A DNA stretch of 64,000 bases, from positions 128,001-192,000 of the forward strand of contig CAWCMR010000025.1 of the NCBI GenBank assembly GCA_963796685.1. Reading direction: 5' to 3'. Shown here piece by piece: positions 59,404-64,000 of the stretch. The position numbers and the translations under genes are program-made. The DNA comes from an uncultured delta proteobacterium. GTDB taxonomy: Bacteria > Myxococcota_A > Polyangia > Fen-1088. Each line of letters starts with the position of its first letter. Within the stretch, counting starts at the first letter, position 1. The notes below the pieces were generated by a model. It did not search any database. It was not told the DNA's origin and saw only the letters and a list, made by a program, of their open reading frames with translations.

Positions 59404-61058
59404 GTGCGCATCTCCTTTTCGGCAAAGACCCCGAGGGCCTTGTATTTCGAGTAGATCTTGTCGTAGGCCGCGCGACGCGCCGGATCGGGCCGGTAGATGT
59501 GCTCGATGGGAGCACGCATCGCCGCTTGGGCCGCGAGGGCGTCGGGATAGAGACCGGCCGCCGTAGCGGCGAACATGGCGCCGCCGAGCGCGACGGACTG
59601 GTCGTTGGCCGAGACCGAGATGTCCATGCCGAGGACGTCGGAACAGATCTGCATCACGAGGGGGCTCTTGCGGGCGACGCCGCCGATGGCGGCCACGCGC
59701 TCGACCTGCACGCCTTCCGAGCGCAGCCGCTCCACGATGGCACGCGACCCGAAGGCGGCCGACTCGATGAGCGCACGGTAGACCGCGGGTGCGTCGGTGC
59801 CGAGGCTGATCCCGGCCAGCGCGCCGGTGAGGGCCTGGTCGGCGTCGGGGGTACGGCGACCGTTGTGCCAGTCGAGGGCCACCAGGCCCGACGCGCTCGG
59901 ATCGATCTTGGCGGCCTCGGCCTCGAGGGCGGGGAGGAGCTTGTCCTCGATGGCCTGCGGGTCGCCGAGCCCCGGCAGGGCGCGGGCCGGCCAGGCGAGG
60001 ATTTTGCGGAACCAGGCGAAGACGTCGCCGAAGGCCGATTGTCCTGCCTCGTAGCCGATCATGCCCTTCACGACCGAGCCGTCGACCTGGCCGCAGATCC
60101 CGCGCACGAGCTTCTCCGCGCCCGCGGGCCTAGGGCCGATCATGATGTCGCAGGTGCTGGTGCCCATGATCTTGAGCAGCGTGCCGGGTGCCACGTCGCC
60201 GCCCACCGCGCCGATGTGCGCGTCGAAGGCGCCGACCGAGACGACGACCTCGGTCGGAAGGCCGAGGCGCTTGCCCCATTCCGGGCTGAGCTTGCCGAAG
60301 ACGGTCTCGGCCGTGTAGGTCTCCGTGCCCAGGGAAGCAGCAAGTTGCGAAAGCCGGGGATCGAGCTTGTCGAGGAAGGCAGCGGGGGGATAGCCGCCCC
60401 ACGAGGCGTGCCACATGGCCTTATGCCCGGCCGCACAGCGGCTGCGCTTGTATCGGGCCAGGGTGTTGGTCCCGGTGAGGAGGGCGGGCATCCAATCGCA
60501 GTGCTCCACCACCGTGCGGGCGGCGGCGATGGCCGGGGTCTTGTTCTCGACGAGCCTCAGCACCTTGGCCCAGAACCACTCGGAGGAATAGATGCCGCCC
60601 TCGTACTTGGTGAAGTCCTCGCCGCCCCAGCCGCGGGCCAGCTCGTTGATGCGCTCGGCCTGGGCAACAGCAGTGTGGTCCTTCCACAGGACGAACATCG
60701 CGTCGGGCTCCGAGCCGAGCTCGGGCTTGAGTGCGAGCGGCGCACCGGTCTCGTCGGCGAGGCAGGGAGTGGAGCCGGTCGTGTCGATCGTGATACCCCG
60801 CACCTTGGTGGCGACCGCAGGGCCCGCCTCGGCGAGAGCGCGCTTGGTGGCGTCCTCGATTCCCTCGACGTAGTCGAGAGGGTGCTGGCGAAAGCGATTG
60901 GACCGGGGGTCGCAGAACTCCCCCTTGGCCCAGCGCTTGTACACGCTCACCGCCGTGCCGGCGCTCGCCCCATCGGCCGCGTCCACGACCAGGGCCCGCA
61001 CCGAGTCGGTGCCGAAATCGATGCCGACGACGAAATCTTGTCCCTTCTTGACGCTCAC
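59400..61058 (-). CDS. araB: Ribulokinase
   Basis: GIDFGTDSVRAL, DTTGSTP, LWKDHTA, YSSEWFWAK, GTSTCD, NGRRTP. Confidence 0.95.
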   Translation of the reverse strand: MSVKKGQDFVVGIDFGTDSVRALVVDAADGASAGTAVSVYKRWAKGEFCDPRSNRFRQHPLDYVEGIEDATKRALAEAGPAVATKVRGITIDTTGSTPCLADETGAPLALKPELGSEPDAMFVLWKDHTAVAQAERINELARGWGGEDFTKYEGGIYSSEWFWAKVLRLVENKTPAIAAARTVVEHCDWMPALLTGTNTLARYKRSRCAAGHKAMWHASWGGYPPAAFLDKLDPRLSQLAASLGTETYTAETVFGKLSPEWGKRLGLPTEVVVSVGAFDAHIGAVGGDVAPGTLLKIMGTSTCDIMIGPRPAGAEKLVRGICGQVDGSVVKGMIGYEAGQSAFGDVFAWFRKILAWPARALPGLGDPQAIEDKLLPALEAEAAKIDPSASGLVALDWHNGRRTPDADQALTGALAGISLGTDAPAVYRALIESAAFGSRAIVERLRSEGVQVERVAAIGGVARKSPLVMQICSDVLGMDISVSANDQSVALGGAMFAATAAGLYPDALAAQAAMRAPIEHIYRPDPARRAAYDKIYSKYKALGVFAEKEMRT

Positions 61059-62144
61059 TCGCTCTCCTCGTCTGGGATGTTTTCCTTGAAATACACTTCA
61101 AGGGGGATTGACGCGGGCGACGCGTCCAACTGCGCGCGAACGACCGCCTTGAAAAGCCTCTCGAGCCCCTCGCGCGCCTGCTCGGCGGGTCGCTGGGAAA
61201 CGACGCAATCGATCTTGCCCTCGCGGAGGGCCCGCGCGTTGGCCGGCACCAAGTCCCAAGAGACGACGGCGCAACTTTCCTTGGCGCCTCGCGCGGCCAG
61301 CCATTCGCCCGCGACGTGGCCCGAGGAATTGGCGACCAGGATCCCCGCGATATCGGGATTGGAGCGAAAGCTCTTTCCCAGGGCGCGCTCGCAGTCCTCG
61401 GCGTCTTCGAGCTTCCGGACATTCCTTCACGATGACCGTGCGCGATTCGGTCCCAGGGACTACGTCGCGGAAGAACGTCTCGAAGCCCTCGATGCGCAGC
61501 CTGATGTGCCGATCCCCGGCGTGGGCGCTCACCGCGACGAGAGGGCCCGGTCTCTTCGCGAGCAGGGACATCATGCGTCCGGCGAGGTAGCCTGCGCGAC
61601 GTGCGTCTTGACCGATGGCTGCCACGGGGCTCGCCCCCTCGGCGTCGCAATCGAAGAACACGTAGGGCACGAGGCCGCCCGCGCGACCTGGCGGGGAGGC
61701 GGCGTTCAGCTTCTTCAAGACTGGCACGAGATCGTCCGGCAGCACCGGGGCGATGAGAAGACCGTCGCGGGGCTCGGCAACGACGTCCCTGAGCAGGGCG
61801 CGGTACCCGGCACGGTCGTAGCGATCGAATTCGTCCACCCGGAGGCTCGTCCCGTAAGGTGCAAGGTCACGTTCGGCGCGATGAATGCCCGCGAGGCAGA
61901 GGGACCAGTACCCCGAGTCCTGGTCGGCGCGGGGAAGGATTGCGCGCAGGGTATAGACCCTGTTGCGAGCAAGCTGTCGGGCCAGGATATTGGGCTCGTA
62001 GCCCAGGGCGGCCACGATCGTGAGGATCTTGGCTTTGGTATCGGCCGAGACTTCGCCTCTGTCGTGCAGCACCCGATCGACGGTGCCGATGGAAACGCCC
62101 GCGAGACGGGCTATTTCTTTGACGGTCGCGCGTGTGTTTTCCAT
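61055..62144 (-). CDS. LacI-family regulator of the ara operon, +1 frameshift near 61412
   Basis: TVKEIARLAGVSIGTVDRVLH HTH; the C-terminal WDLVP...GKIDCVVSQRP part lies in the shifted frame and overlaps the araB start. Confidence 0.85.
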
Positions 62145-62147
62145 GGT

Positions 62148-62163
62148 CCGTGTACGTACACGG
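62148..62163. promoter_or_regulatory. Palindromic operator 1, downstream of a minus-strand sigma70-like promoter
   Basis: Perfect CCGTGTACGTACACGG; TTGACG-N17-TACAAA lies upstream on the minus strand. Confidence 0.8.
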
Positions 62164-62330
62164 TCAGCTTTTTGTACCATCGCGGGGATCCTCCGTCAAC
62201 CCCAAAGACTTCTCCCATCACGGAACCCCATTCGAGTTCGGAGGCCTGGAATCCACCGCGCCGGGTGTCCCCCCGACGTAGGGCCAATTTTGGTTGACGG
62301 GAGGATCTATGCAGTGGTACAAAAGACGGA

Positions 62331-62346
62331 CCGTGTACGTACACGG
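62331..62346. promoter_or_regulatory. Palindromic operator 2, downstream of a plus-strand sigma70-like promoter
   Basis: Identical CCGTGTACGTACACGG; TTGACG-N18-TACAAA at 62294-62323. Confidence 0.8.
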
Positions 62347-62516
62347 AACATGGAAAACACACGCGTGACCGTCAGAAAACGAGTCAACGGGCAGCACACC
62401 CGTTGCCGACCCGGTCCCGACCGCTGGGGGCTGTTTTCGAAACCTGCAGCCCGACCAGGAAACCTGCCTATGATCTTTTCGATTTCCAGAAATCAGATCC
62501 GCATGGGAGTCTCGAC

Positions 62517-64000
62517 ATGAACCTACCGCTCCCAGGGCACCTGAACACGGGCTCGGTGTTCAATGGCCTGGACTGGCTTGTCATCGTGCTGTTCCTTCTC
62601 GGCATGGTGGTGGTGGTCTGGGTCTCCACGCGGACCAAGGCCCAGTCGGGCGCCGACTATTTCCTTTCCGGGCGCCAGGCGGGATGGCTGCAGATCGGCG
62701 CCTCGATCTACTCTTCCAACATCGGCTCCGAGCATCTCGTGGGCTTGGCTGGCGCCGGTTTCGCGTCGGGCATGGCCATGGCACACTGGGAAATGCAGGG
62801 CTGGATCATCCTGATTCTGGGATGGGTCTTCGTGCCCATCTACGACCGCATCCAGGTCTTCACCATGCCGGAATTCCTGGAACGGCGCTTTTCTCCTGGG
62901 TCGCGCTCCATCCTGAGCTTCCTCACCATCGCCAGCTTGGTGCTCACCAAGATCGCCGCGACCCTCTATGCCGCGGACGTGGTCTTCACCGTGTTGCTGG
63001 GCCGAGACAGCGTGCCCATGTTCGGGCACCACATCCCGCTTTTCTGGGTGGTTTCCGTCGGTCTTGCCGTGGCCACCGGGATCTACACGGCACTCGGCGG
63101 CTTGCGCGTGATCATGTACACCGCCGTGCTCCAGACGCCGGTGCTGCTCTTCGGCTCGATCTGCATCCTCTACATCGGTCTGGACAAGCTGGGTGCCGGC
63201 AGCCTGATCGCAGGCTGGCACAAGATGCTCGACTCGGCGGGAAACAACATCCACCTCATCCGTCCCAATTCGGATGCCAAGTTCCCCTGGCTGGCAGTAC
63301 TGCCGGGGTCGGCCATCATCGGGTTCTGGTACTGGTGTACCGACCAGTACATCGTCCAGCGCGTGCTGGCCGGCAAGAACGAGAAAGAAAGCCGGCGCGG
63401 CAGCATTCTGGCCGGCTACCTCAAGCTCACGCCGGTCTTCATCTTCCTGGTTCCCGGCATGATCGCCTTCGCGCTCTTCAGCACGCCAGGAAGTGGTTTC
63501 ACCACCGCGGGGAATGGCGACCAAGCCTACACCAGCCTGGTCGCTCAGATCCTGCCCCATGGCATCCGCGGCATCGTGGCTTGCGGCATGCTCACCGCCC
63601 TGATGGCATCGCTGGCCTCGAAGTACAACGCGTCCGCCACCTTGGTGACCATGGACTTCTTCCAGAAGTGGCGGCCGGACGCCTCGGGCAAGACCCAGGT
63701 CTTGGTGGGGCGTATCGCCACCGCGGTCATCGTCGTGGTCGGCATCCTGTGGGTGCTGGTGATGAAGAGCCTGGGCAAGAACCTCTACGAATACCTGCAG
63801 AGCGTCCAGGGCTACATGTCCCCCGCCATCGCGGTGCTCTTCGTCATGGGTATCTTCTGGAAGCGCGCCACGGCTCCCGCCGCATTCTGGGCCTTCCTGG
63901 TCGGCGCAGTGGCCGGCTTCGGCCGCCTCGGCCTCGATCTGCTCATCGAGCGCCCGCTCAAGGAAGGGCTCGCCACCGCCGACATGCTCCACGCCGAGTA
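62517..64000 (+). CDS. Sodium:solute symporter (SSS/SGLT-like), probable arabinose importer; 3' end outside window
   Basis: Manual translation from ATG 62517: DYFLSGR, GASIYSSNIGSEHLVGLAGAG, TMPEFLERRF, WYWCTDQYIVQRVL. Confidence 0.9.
   Translation, partial: MNLPLPGHLNTGSVFNGLDWLVIVLFLLGMVVVVWVSTRTKAQSGADYFLSGRQAGWLQIGASIYSSNIGSEHLVGLAGAGFASGMAMAHWEMQGWIILILGWVFVPIYDRIQVFTMPEFLERRFSPGSRSILSFLTIASLVLTKIAATLYAADVVFTVLLGRDSVPMFGHHIPLFWVVSVGLAVATGIYTALGGLRVIMYTAVLQTPVLLFGSICILYIGLDKLGAGSLIAGWHKMLDSAGNNIHLIRPNSDAKFPWLAVLPGSAIIGFWYWCTDQYIVQRVLAGKNEKESRRGSILAGYLKLTPVFIFLVPGMIAFALFSTPGSGFTTAGNGDQAYTSLVAQILPHGIRGIVACGMLTALMASLASKYNASATLVTMDFFQKWRPDASGKTQVLVGRIATAVIVVVGILWVLVMKSLGKNLYEYLQSVQGYMSPAIAVLFVMGIFWKRATAPAAFWAFLVGAVAGFGRLGLDLLIERPLKEGLATADMLHAE

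Noticed and set aside
59499-62297. 932-aa plus-strand ORF
   Set aside because: Antisense shadow of araB and lacI in high-GC DNA; no recognisable motifs.
62523-63992. 489-aa minus-strand ORF
   Set aside because: Antisense to the SSS symporter, which the ORF track missed because it runs off the window.

Overview
GC-rich DNA that looks like Myxococcota (Polyangia-like), based on a MYXO-CTERM tail, Myxococcus Cys-rich repeats and many lipoproteins with Gly-rich linkers. It has three parts. (1) 1-13.4 kb is a likely phosphate-starvation region: PstS-like binding protein, Ig-stalk metallophosphoesterase, FabF/ACP, an OlsF-like two-domain acyltransferase, a PhoB-like regulator and Pho-box-like repeats. 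(2) 13.5-57 kb is a plant-polysaccharide locus without SusC/D: GH9-CBM3, GH10, GH2, GH27, eight esterase-fold genes, a DUF3237 protein and a fibro-slime protein, with an IS4 element interrupting one Cys-rich lipoprotein gene. (3) 57-64 kb is an L-arabinose module: LacI regulator, araBAD and an SSS symporter. The main candidate novel system is three four-gene cassettes, each with an ECF sigma, a membrane anti-sigma, a small outer-membrane beta-barrel and a carbohydrate-enzyme-fold lipoprotein. In two cassettes that lipoprotein has lost its catalytic residues (esterase Ser->Ala and His->Leu; GH29 Asp->Thr), and both share an N-terminal C-x-R-G-x-L-D peptide. A shared promoter, TG(A/G)nCC-N17-nnACTG, precedes two sigma genes and five enzyme units. 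This suggests TonB-independent glycan sensing by pseudoenzyme receptors, which is an inference. Six +1 frameshifts and one in-frame stop are probably assembly errors. All family calls come from motif recognition by eye; no searches were run.
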